Below, one piece after another: positions 38,722 through 47,159 of a stretch of 64,000 nt of DNA. Origin of the DNA: an uncultured Bacteroidales bacterium. Its GTDB lineage: Bacteria > Bacteroidota > Bacteroidia > Bacteroidales > VadinHA17. The stretch is from the NCBI GenBank assembly GCA_963823065.1, contig CAWGJX010000004.1, forward strand, positions 1,280,139 to 1,344,138. Direction: 5' to 3'. Position numbers and translations under genes: made by a program. The first letter of the stretch is position 1; each line of letters begins with the position of its first letter. Under the pieces are notes generated by a model that had not been told where the DNA came from, did no database searches, and saw only the letters and a list, made by a program, of their open reading frames with translations.

Positions 38722-40752
38722 ATGGAGGAATTCCTTACAGCTTGTCCCAGAAACTGCTATAGCACCTGCTCATTCAGAGTACAGGTTGAAAATAACCATA
38801 TCAGAAAGATACTACCATATACTGGCAATAAAGCTACTCCGGAGGGCCCGTGTATCAAAGGTTTATCATATATCGAAAGAGCAAACTCAAAGGAAAGAAT
38901 TTTGCATCCAATGATCAGAAACTTGTCGGGGGAATTCAGCAAAATATCTACAAAGGAGGCTTATGATATTATTGCAGATAAGCTTTCGGTTATTAAAGAG
39001 AAATGGGGCTCGCAGAGTATTTTATGGTACAGAGGCAGCGGTATGTCGGGACTCACAAATGAAATCGGATCGGCATTCTGGAAAGCATTTGGTGGTACGA
39101 CACTTACCTATGGAAATTTATGCTGGCCGGCAGGACTGGAAGCAGTAAGGTTAACTTTAGGATCAGTGAAACATAATGTTCCATGGGATCTTGAAAATGC
39201 CAGAACTATAATAATCTGGGGCAAAAATCCGGCAGAAACCAACATCCAGGAAATCTCTTTTATCGTAAAGGCAAAAGAAAATGGAGCAAAAATTATTGTA
39301 ATTGACCCTTTACGTACACTTACCGCTGACAAAGCTGACATCCTTTTCAGTCCAAAACCCGGTACTGACGGTGTTCTGGCACTTGCAGTTGCAAGGATAC
39401 TGATCGACAGCGATCATATTGATAATGAATTCATTTCCAGATATGTAAAAGGCTTCAGTGAATTAAAAAAGTCGTTGCAAATTACGCCAGTTGAAGCTGC
39501 ATCGATTACATGTATTCCTGCCCAGGATATCATTGAACTGGCAACAATAATAGGGAATAGCGGACCTCTAACAATTCTTCCGGGATATGGATTACAACGT
39601 CATCAAAATGGTGGCCAGACAATACGTTCAATACTTTTACTTTCTATACTGACAGGAAACATAGGAAAAACAGGAACCGGATTTAATTATGCCAATCTGC
39701 AAAGCTATGTCTTTGATGATATTAAAGAGCCAATGTCATATTACCCTGATTCTGCTAAAGATCTTCCATTCCGCCGGACTATATCAATGACAAAACTTGG
39801 ATCAGATATGCTGAGCACCAGGGATCCTGAACTTAAGGCTATATGGATTGAAAGAGGCAATCCGGTTTTACAATCACCAGATACTAATATTGTTAAAAAA
39901 GCTTTTTCCAACCTGTCTTTTAAGGTTGTCGTTGATCAATTTATGACTGATACCGCAGCAATGGCTGATATTATTCTACCTGCCAGGAATATGTTTGAAC
40001 AGTCAGATATAATTGGTTCATACTGGTCACCATATGTACAGTTTAAACCCAGAGTGCTTGAGCCACAAGCTGATGTATCTCCTGAAAGTGAAATATATTA
40101 TCATCTGGCAAAAAGACTGAATCTTAATGTAAGCAATTCACTCATACCTGAACCCGGGAATGAAAATTTAGAACGATGGCTGGAAAAAAGGATCGCTGGA
40201 TTTACCGGGCTTACTTTGGCTCAGCTTAAACTCGCACCTGTCCTGGCTCCCGGACTTCAACAAATAGCTTATGAAGATATGAAATTCGAAACGCCGTCAG
40301 GTAAAATTGAAATTTATTCTGAGGAAGCTAAGGCAAAATGGAATATTTCTCCTTTACCTGATTATTTGGAAGTCTTCCATTCTCACGACATTAAGAATTT
40401 CCCGTTAATTTTATTGACGCCAAACACGGGTAGCCGTATACATTCGCAATTTGGCAATCTGAATATAATTAAAGAATCGGTTCCGGGTCCTGTTATCCGG
40501 ATATCACCACATGATGCGAAAAGCAGAAGAATTTTGACTGGTCAGAAAGTAAGAGTCTACAATAAAAATGGAGAGATGATAAGCCTGGCTGAAATTTCAA
40601 ACAGAGTTCCTTCAGGGGTCGTGGTATTTCCAAATGGAATCTGGTTTTGTGAAGGTGGAGGCGTAAACCGGCTTATTGATGGACATGAAACTGATATTGG
40701 ATTTGGTTCAGCTTTTCATGACACTAAAGTCGAAATTGAAAAAGTCGAATAA
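38722..40752 (+). CDS. Molybdopterin (Mo/W-bisPGD) oxidoreductase catalytic subunit with no export signal
   Basis: N-terminal Fe-S cysteine cluster CPRNCYSTCS...C, IIIWGKNPAETN, and a C-terminal PGD-binding barrel. The N-terminus MEEFLTACP has no twin-arginine motif. Confidence 0.85.
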   Translation: MEEFLTACPRNCYSTCSFRVQVENNHIRKILPYTGNKATPEGPCIKGLSYIERANSKERILHPMIRNLSGEFSKISTKEAYDIIADKLSVIKEKWGSQSILWYRGSGMSGLTNEIGSAFWKAFGGTTLTYGNLCWPAGLEAVRLTLGSVKHNVPWDLENARTIIIWGKNPAETNIQEISFIVKAKENGAKIIVIDPLRTLTADKADILFSPKPGTDGVLALAVARILIDSDHIDNEFISRYVKGFSELKKSLQITPVEAASITCIPAQDIIELATIIGNSGPLTILPGYGLQRHQNGGQTIRSILLLSILTGNIGKTGTGFNYANLQSYVFDDIKEPMSYYPDSAKDLPFRRTISMTKLGSDMLSTRDPELKAIWIERGNPVLQSPDTNIVKKAFSNLSFKVVVDQFMTDTAAMADIILPARNMFEQSDIIGSYWSPYVQFKPRVLEPQADVSPESEIYYHLAKRLNLNVSNSLIPEPGNENLERWLEKRIAGFTGLTLAQLKLAPVLAPGLQQIAYEDMKFETPSGKIEIYSEEAKAKWNISPLPDYLEVFHSHDIKNFPLILLTPNTGSRIHSQFGNLNIIKESVPGPVIRISPHDAKSRRILTGQKVRVYNKNGEMISLAEISNRVPSGVVVFPNGIWFCEGGGVNRLIDGHETDIGFGSAFHDTKVEIEKVE

Positions 40753-40754
40753 TC

Positions 40755-42071
40755 ATGCGTAAAGGCTTCATATTTGACCATCACAAATGTGTTAATTGCA
40801 ATGCATGCAATGCAGCATGCGTACTTGAAAACGGGTGGAAAGTTCATCCAAGGAATATCTATACTTATAATTCTGATGCAGAGATTATATTGCCTGTTAT
40901 TAATCTTTCTTTAGCCTGCAATCATTGCGAATCTGCCGTTTGCATGGAGGGTTGTCCTACATCAGCCCTTAGCCGCAATATTGCAACTGGTGCGGTTATT
41001 ATAGACGAAAGCAAATGCATCGGATGCAGATATTGTCAGTGGAATTGTCCTTATGACGCTCCAAAATTAGAATCAGAAAGTAAAACTGTCGTCAAGTGTA
41101 ATCTTTGTTATTCGTTATTAATCGCAGGAGGTAAGCCGGCATGTTCATCTGCATGTCCAACAGGTGCCTTAAGCTTCGGACAACTTTCCGAATCTGGTTC
41201 ATCAGCATCACTAAATTGGTTCCCCGATAAGAAGCTTAATCCTGCAATAGAATTTACAAATGGACAAAACAAGAGTTCATTAAGAATTATTCCTGAAAAC
41301 GCTTTTACTCAAATAGAAATGAAAGCGGAGCATACGACAAGGTCAATAACATCTGATATAAGTCTGCTACTATTTAGTTTCCTGTCGACTTTCTCAGTTG
41401 CTACTCTGATTTCTTCATTCATAAAAGGGGAGTTTCCTGAAAAAATGACTTTTATTCCTGTTCTTATTCTTGCAGGATTAATATCATTATTTCATCTTGG
41501 CAGAAAAACAAGATCGTGGCGCGCAATTTCAAATTTTAAAACCTCACCATTGAGCCGGGAGATATCTTTTTTTATTATTTACGCCGTTTTTTCAGTAATC
41601 ACGACCTTCTTTCACATTCCGATCCTTATTTTGATTTCTTCTTTTACCGGGCTCATTTTTCTTGCAATGATTGATAGTGTTTATCTTTATTCAGACAGAA
41701 GAAAATCAATCATGTTTCACAGTGGACAAACTTTCCTGAGTGCTCTCCTGATGATTTCCTTTTTTTCTGGAATCATTCTCCCATTTTTATTTATCGTTTT
41801 AATTAAGTTAAGTTCATTAATCTATAGTCTGGTAAGTAAGCCGTCCAGTAATTTTTTTAATTTAAGATTCATTCGGATCGCTTTTTTGTTCATAGCTGCT
41901 ATAAGCTTGATCTCAAATAATTTACATAATGAACTTTCTATAGTTATAATTTTTATGACAGGTGAACTTTTTGATCGGATTTTGTTTTATATTGACTATG
42001 ATCCTCTGAATATAAATATATTGATTCACGAACAAATTAATTACGACAGAGATGAAAAGAAAAGAAGTTAA
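40755..42071 (+). CDS. 4Fe-4S ferredoxin-type subunit (DmsB-like) fused to a polytopic membrane anchor (DmsC-like)
   Basis: Four Cys clusters (CVNCNACNAAC, CNHCESAVCMEGC, CIGCRYCQWNC, CNLC...CSSAC), followed by about 8 hydrophobic helices. Confidence 0.8.
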   Translation: MRKGFIFDHHKCVNCNACNAACVLENGWKVHPRNIYTYNSDAEIILPVINLSLACNHCESAVCMEGCPTSALSRNIATGAVIIDESKCIGCRYCQWNCPYDAPKLESESKTVVKCNLCYSLLIAGGKPACSSACPTGALSFGQLSESGSSASLNWFPDKKLNPAIEFTNGQNKSSLRIIPENAFTQIEMKAEHTTRSITSDISLLLFSFLSTFSVATLISSFIKGEFPEKMTFIPVLILAGLISLFHLGRKTRSWRAISNFKTSPLSREISFFIIYAVFSVITTFFHIPILILISSFTGLIFLAMIDSVYLYSDRRKSIMFHSGQTFLSALLMISFFSGIILPFLFIVLIKLSSLIYSLVSKPSSNFFNLRFIRIAFLFIAAISLISNNLHNELSIVIIFMTGELFDRILFYIDYDPLNINILIHEQINYDRDEKKRS

Positions 42072-43224
42072 TAGTGCCAGAATGCCAATTTACAGGGATG
42101 CAGGCTTTGAATTATACGATGCCGAAACAACTGCCATGGCTTTCAGAAAAGAGGCAGAGCATCACAGGGAGCCTGATAACTATATTTACTCACGTTATCG
42201 TAATCCCACTGTAGTATCTGCAGAAGAGGAAATTATGAAGCTTGAAGGATGCAACTGGGCTCTTTTGACGCAATCGGGTATGTCCGCGATTGACACAGCA
42301 CTATCAATTTTCCAATCGGGGAAAAAGATCAGACCCTGGCTGTTCTTTACTGAAATATATGGTGGAACTATTTCATTTATAGAGTCTGTGCTGAAGAACC
42401 GGAGAGGTCTTGATATACAATATTTTACACCTGATAACAGTAATTATGATCTTGCTAAACTCGAACATGTACTAGCCGATTTAAAACCTGAACTGCTCTA
42501 TATTGAGGCAATTTCCAATCCTATGCTTATTGTTGCGGATGTTGAAAACATATTGAGAATAGCCAGAAAGCATGATGTAAAGGTTATAATTGATAATACA
42601 TTCGCGACTCCATATCTTTACAAACCATTAGTTGCCGGCGTAGATCTTGTTGTTCACAGCGTAACAAAATACTTTTCAGGACATGGCAACCTTTCAGCAG
42701 GTGTTGTTTGCGGGAATGATTTGAAAATGATGCAATCTGCAATAGAATACAGAAAATTTGTCGGACATATGATATCTCCTGATGATGCCTACAGATTGCA
42801 GACTCAGATACTTACATTTGAACTCAGATTCTCCCGACAATGCGATAACGCATCAAAGCTTGCAGCTTACCTTAAAAATATTTCTGTCATTAAAGAAATT
42901 TGGTTTCCGGGAATGAGCGATCATCCTACATATTCTATTGCAGAGAAATTATTTGGTGGCAAAGGATATGGCGGAATGATAACCTTCAATTTTGACGGTA
43001 AGGATAAAGATCAGAAAAGGAGCAGGAGAGATAAATTTATTAAGCTGGTTTCTGAAAAGATAAAGCTGATACCTACTCTTGGAGATGCGCATACAATTCT
43101 TATGCCTGTTGAAGCAGTATGGGGAACAAAATATCCTGAACCCGGAATGATAAGGTTGTCTGTTGGATTTGAAGAGTATGAGGAACTGCAGCAAACAATA
43201 ACAAAAGCATTGAAAGTAATTTAA
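42052..43224 (+). CDS. Cys/Met-metabolism PLP-dependent enzyme (cystathionine gamma-synthase / beta-lyase / sulfhydrylase family)
   Basis: YSRYRNPT and the PLP-lysine motif HSVTKYFSGHG. It overlaps the upstream gene by 20 nt. An alternative start is M at 42082. Confidence 0.8.
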   Translation: MKRKEVNSARMPIYRDAGFELYDAETTAMAFRKEAEHHREPDNYIYSRYRNPTVVSAEEEIMKLEGCNWALLTQSGMSAIDTALSIFQSGKKIRPWLFFTEIYGGTISFIESVLKNRRGLDIQYFTPDNSNYDLAKLEHVLADLKPELLYIEAISNPMLIVADVENILRIARKHDVKVIIDNTFATPYLYKPLVAGVDLVVHSVTKYFSGHGNLSAGVVCGNDLKMMQSAIEYRKFVGHMISPDDAYRLQTQILTFELRFSRQCDNASKLAAYLKNISVIKEIWFPGMSDHPTYSIAEKLFGGKGYGGMITFNFDGKDKDQKRSRRDKFIKLVSEKIKLIPTLGDAHTILMPVEAVWGTKYPEPGMIRLSVGFEEYEELQQTITKALKVI

Positions 43225-43362
43225 ACCGCAAAGCATGGATCCCCTGCCGCTACGCGGCTGTCCCCTTAAAGGGGGACCAACTCGGTGTATGTGATGAATT
43301 TATTGAAGTACTGAGAATTAGCCCCCCTTTAGGGGGGAAGGGGGGCGCGACCTTACAAGGTT
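43224..43362. repeat. Family-A GC-hairpin repeat, copy A2, with flanking CAAAG/CTTTG-type arms
   Basis: AACCGCAAAG..CCCCTGCCGCTACGCGGCTGTCCCCTTAAAGGGGGAC..GATGAATTTATT..CCCCCCTTTAGGGGGG..ACCTTACAAGGTT. Confidence 0.75.
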
Positions 43363-43375
43363 AATGGATTTCATT

Positions 43376-44041
43376 TTATTCCCAGTTTATTGGTTCAATT
43401 CCATGCTCTTTCAGATAAGTATTGCATTTACTGAAATGATGGTTTCCGAAAAATCCTCGTGAAGCTGAAAGAGGAGAGGGGTGAACCGATTCCAGCACCA
43501 GGTGTCTTGACCTGTCGATTGTTTCTCCTTTTTTTTGCGCATATGCACCCCAAAGGAAAAAAACTATATTTTGTTTTTCGTTATTTAAAATACTGATCGC
43601 ATTATCGGTAAATTGTTCCCATCCTTTTTTCTGATGAGAACCTGCCTGATGTGCGCGTACCGTAAGCGTTGCATTAAGGAGCAACACACCCTGATCCGCC
43701 CATCTTTCAAGGTTACCGCTTAATGGTCTTTGAATACCTGTATCTAACGCGATTTCTTTAAAAATGTTTATCAGGCTCGGTGGAAAACCAACACCGTCTC
43801 TTACAGAAAAGCATAATCCGTGTGCCTGACCCGGACCATGGTATGGATCCTGACCAATAATGACAGCTTTGACCCTATCGAACGGACAAAGATTGAAGGC
43901 ATTAAAGATCAGGCTGCCAGGAGGATAAATAGTATTTTTAATGTACTCTTCCTTTACAAAATCAGCAAGTTTAAGAAAGTATTCTTTTTCAAATTCTCCC
44001 TGCAGTCTTGATTTCCATGTAGGTTCAATTTTGACATCCAT
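43376..44041 (-). CDS. ung: Uracil-DNA glycosylase
   Basis: GQDPYHGPGQAHGLCFSV and HPSPLSA motifs, 221 aa. Confidence 0.9.
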   Translation of the reverse strand: MDVKIEPTWKSRLQGEFEKEYFLKLADFVKEEYIKNTIYPPGSLIFNAFNLCPFDRVKAVIIGQDPYHGPGQAHGLCFSVRDGVGFPPSLINIFKEIALDTGIQRPLSGNLERWADQGVLLLNATLTVRAHQAGSHQKKGWEQFTDNAISILNNEKQNIVFFLWGAYAQKKGETIDRSRHLVLESVHPSPLSASRGFFGNHHFSKCNTYLKEHGIEPINWE

Positions 44042-44107
44042 CGGATAATTTATTTCACGCTAAATTAATTTAATTATCCTTTTGAGAGCAGAACCAAGAT
44101 CTCATTT

Positions 44108-44263
44108 TCGCCGTAGGCGATAAACTATTGTAGAAAGGAGATTTAAAATGAACATTTTTCCTCGTAGAGGATAAACATTTACGCATAACCAAAATTCTTT
44201 AACCTCCACGAGGTAAAAAGAAATCCATTCCAATATTCTTCAATAGTTTATGCCCTACGGGCA
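44108..44263. repeat. Cluster of four REP-like mini-hairpins (GTAG/CTAC-type loops) in a 2+2 inverted arrangement
   Basis: Hairpins TCGCCGTAGGCGA, TCCTCGTAGAGGA, ACCTCCACGAGGT and TGCCCTACGGGCA. Three of the four carry an adjacent ATAAAC(T/A)ATT tail, and the outer pair forms CGATAAACTATTG / CAATAGTTTATG. Confidence 0.65.
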
Positions 44264-44322
44264 ATTTATCTAAATCCGGATCTTTAATTGGTTTATTTAA
44301 TTATTTTAACTTTACAACAAAA

Positions 44323-44772
44323 ATGGCAACAGAAACGGAACGTAAATTTCTTGTAAAGGGCGAATTCATCCATCTGGCAATCAGAGATATAAAAATAATA
44401 CAGTCATATCTGATTAAAGACCATGAAAAGACAATCAGAATTCGTATTGCTGAAGATAAAGCATACCTTACAATAAAAACCAGGCCTGCTTATGATACGA
44501 TAACCAGAAATGAATGGGAGTTTCAGATACCTGTTAAGGATGCGGAAGAAATGATGAAGGTCTGTATTCCCGGTAAAATTGTAAAGACACGATATATTAT
44601 ATCATCAGGAAAGCATAAAATTGAAGTAGATGTATTTCATGAAAAAAATGAAGGACTGGTAATTGCAGAGATAGAACTCGCTTCAGATGACGAAGAATAT
44701 TTAAAACCCGACTGGTTGGGAGAGGAAGTAACCGGACAGCCTCAGTATTATAATGCAAATCTGATAAAATAA
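44323..44772 (+). CDS. CYTH domain protein (triphosphate tunnel metalloenzyme)
   Basis: N-terminal ETERKFLV signature, 149 aa. Confidence 0.8.
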   Translation: MATETERKFLVKGEFIHLAIRDIKIIQSYLIKDHEKTIRIRIAEDKAYLTIKTRPAYDTITRNEWEFQIPVKDAEEMMKVCIPGKIVKTRYIISSGKHKIEVDVFHEKNEGLVIAEIELASDDEEYLKPDWLGEEVTGQPQYYNANLIK

Positions 44773-44773
44773 G

Positions 44774-45142
44774 CTACTTTTTGAAAACAAAATAAACTGC
44801 AAGAATTAAAAACACAAATCCAATCAGATGATTCATGCGGAACTGTTCATTTTTAAAAACAAGTAGCGTAAATCCAGTAAAAACCATTATTGATATAACC
44901 TCCTGAATTACCTTTAATTCAATAAGGGAAAATGGTCCGCCGTTTGCCCTGAATCCAATCCTGTTGGCAGGTACCTGCAATGAGTACTCAAAAAAAGCAA
45001 TCCCCCAGCTCAATAATATTACAGCAAACAAGCTGAGACTCTCAAACCTGCTCATTGTTCTTAATTTGAGATGACCATACCAGGCGATCGTCATGAAGGT
45101 ATTAGACATTATCAGCAATAAAACAGTGTATAATCCTTTCAT
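44774..45142 (-). CDS. Small DMT-superfamily membrane protein (DUF486)
   Basis: 122 aa, four helices, with the string FMTIAWYGHLK that I recall as typical of DUF486. Confidence 0.65.
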   Translation of the reverse strand: MKGLYTVLLLIMSNTFMTIAWYGHLKLRTMSRFESLSLFAVILLSWGIAFFEYSLQVPANRIGFRANGGPFSLIELKVIQEVISIMVFTGFTLLVFKNEQFRMNHLIGFVFLILAVYFVFKK

Positions 45143-45180
45143 TTCGGGTCAGGATTTTTAAAGGCAAATGGAATAAAAAT

Positions 45181-46143
45181 CTAATTTAAATCATCAATGA
45201 TGTGCTGGAGGACCTCTGTAAACTGATAACCGGCTTCTTTAGTGGCAGCAACGAAACCACCATCAGGAGAAATACATGGATTGCCATTAATTTCAATAAC
45301 GAATACATTGTCGGAGCTGTCGGTCCTGACGTCTACTCTTGCATAGCCTCTCAGCCCAAATAATTGCCAGCAGGAGAGTGCTGCATTCTTCAGGTTTGCT
45401 AAAAGTTTGGGATTGAGTTTATTTCCCGGAAATTCACGGACGGTATTGATATATTCAAAACTATCCATTTCCCATTTGGCTTTGAAATCGATGATTTTTG
45501 GCTTATCATCGGTGTAGTTTACAAATACTATTTCAGCCGGTGGTAAAACCTGCGGGCCATCCTTTCCGGCTAAAACGCTGATATTAAATTCTCTGCCATC
45601 AACAAAATCTTCAATAAACCAATGAGCATCATCCAGTCCCTTGATTTTAGCTTCAGAAACAGAATTCCATTCAAAAACCGATTCACTGGTTATCCCGAGT
45701 GATCCGTCCTCCCAAATTGGTTTGACTATATATTTTCTTCCCTGTTTAAGCAGATTATATTGTGACGGCAGGTACGATGCCGGGTTATTAATCCCGGCAT
45801 TTTTCATCATTTTACTACAGATTGTCTTATTGCTTGTCAGAAAGATCGCTTCAAGCGAATTTCCCGAATATGGAATCGCATATAAATTCAGAAGGGCTGG
45901 TACAAAATAGATTAGCTCACCTTTATTGTTAATTGATTCAACCAGGTTAAAAACAAAATCAGGTTTTTCGTCGGCAAGGAGCTTAATCTCCGACATAAAC
46001 TTTTCAGTTATGCCTTTTCTGTAGACTGATACACCAAGATCTTTAAGATGCTTCTCAATATGTGCTACCTGATCAAGAACATCAAGTTCGTCAGCCAATG
46101 CATCCTTGCCGGGTTCATTATAAATAATACAACACCTCCTCAT
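45181..46143 (-). CDS. ATP-grasp ligase, D-Ala-D-Ala-ligase-like (paralog 2)
   Basis: ATP-grasp C-terminal half (FIEDFVDGREFNISVL, GYARVDVRTD, VIEINGNPCIS). Last gene of the kamA operon. Confidence 0.75.
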   Translation of the reverse strand: MRRCCIIYNEPGKDALADELDVLDQVAHIEKHLKDLGVSVYRKGITEKFMSEIKLLADEKPDFVFNLVESINNKGELIYFVPALLNLYAIPYSGNSLEAIFLTSNKTICSKMMKNAGINNPASYLPSQYNLLKQGRKYIVKPIWEDGSLGITSESVFEWNSVSEAKIKGLDDAHWFIEDFVDGREFNISVLAGKDGPQVLPPAEIVFVNYTDDKPKIIDFKAKWEMDSFEYINTVREFPGNKLNPKLLANLKNAALSCWQLFGLRGYARVDVRTDSSDNVFVIEINGNPCISPDGGFVAATKEAGYQFTEVLQHIIDDLN

Positions 46144-46180
46144 TTTCCCTCCACTCCGTTCTAAATATATTATTAAAGGA

Positions 46181-47152
46181 CTATAAAAGTCCGTTTCGTT
46201 TTATTGCTGCTTTCATTATCATTTCCATGAGGGTCTGATATTCAATACCTGACATCCTGGATAATATAGGAAGATCTGAATGTATAGGATTTAACCCTGC
46301 CAGTGGATTTGCCTCAATAAAACATATTTTTCCATTACGGTCGGCTTTCAGATCTACTCTGCCTGCATCTACTGCATCCAGAGCCTTCCATGCTCCAAGC
46401 GCCACCGATTTGCATTCATCAACTATATCATCTCCCAGTGGTTTGTAAGTACAGTAATTCTGATAATTTTCCTTCACTTCAACAGAATAAGGCAGATTAT
46501 CAGCACAAATTACTTCCATACCCCCAATTGCAACAGCATCGTGGCCATAGCCTACTACACCGACAGTAAATTCTCTTCCCGGAAGATATTCTTCAACCAG
46601 TGCCGGCTGATGGAACTCAGAAAGAATCCATTCAACCATTTTTCTCAGGTCGGGGCCGGAATTAACTAAACTTTTTTCAGTGATTCCTTTACCAGTTCCT
46701 TCAGAAACTGGTTTCACAAAGAGCGGATAATTCAGATTGCAATTATCCAGATCCTGAATTTTAGATATTAGTATACCCGGACTGACAGGAACTCCTGAGG
46801 AGGCAACAACAAGTTTGGCCAGGTGTTTATTAAGTGACAAACCCATTATCACAGGACCACTGAATACGTATGGTATCTTATACTGATCCAGAATGGCGGG
46901 CACAACTGATTCCCTTCCATCACCGTATAACCCTTCTGCAATATTAAAGATAATATCCCATCTTTTCCCTGAAGCAAGGGCTTCGATCAGTTGAAAGGTA
47001 TTTCCAACAGGTTCAGTTTCATAACCCATCAGATTAAGTGAGTTCTCAAGAGCATCGATGGTTTCCTGCTTATCAAATTCGGCAGTTTCATCCATAGAAT
47101 ACCCACGATCAGTATACCATGACCGGAGATCAAAAGTTAAACCAACTTTCAT
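46181..47152 (-). CDS. ATP-grasp ligase, D-Ala-D-Ala-ligase-like (paralog 1)
   Basis: PLFVKPVSEGTGKGI, VEEYLPGREFTVGVVG, GRVDLKADRNGKICFIEANPLAGL. Confidence 0.75.
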   Translation of the reverse strand: MKVGLTFDLRSWYTDRGYSMDETAEFDKQETIDALENSLNLMGYETEPVGNTFQLIEALASGKRWDIIFNIAEGLYGDGRESVVPAILDQYKIPYVFSGPVIMGLSLNKHLAKLVVASSGVPVSPGILISKIQDLDNCNLNYPLFVKPVSEGTGKGITEKSLVNSGPDLRKMVEWILSEFHQPALVEEYLPGREFTVGVVGYGHDAVAIGGMEVICADNLPYSVEVKENYQNYCTYKPLGDDIVDECKSVALGAWKALDAVDAGRVDLKADRNGKICFIEANPLAGLNPIHSDLPILSRMSGIEYQTLMEMIMKAAIKRNGLL

Positions 47153-47159
47153 TATTATC

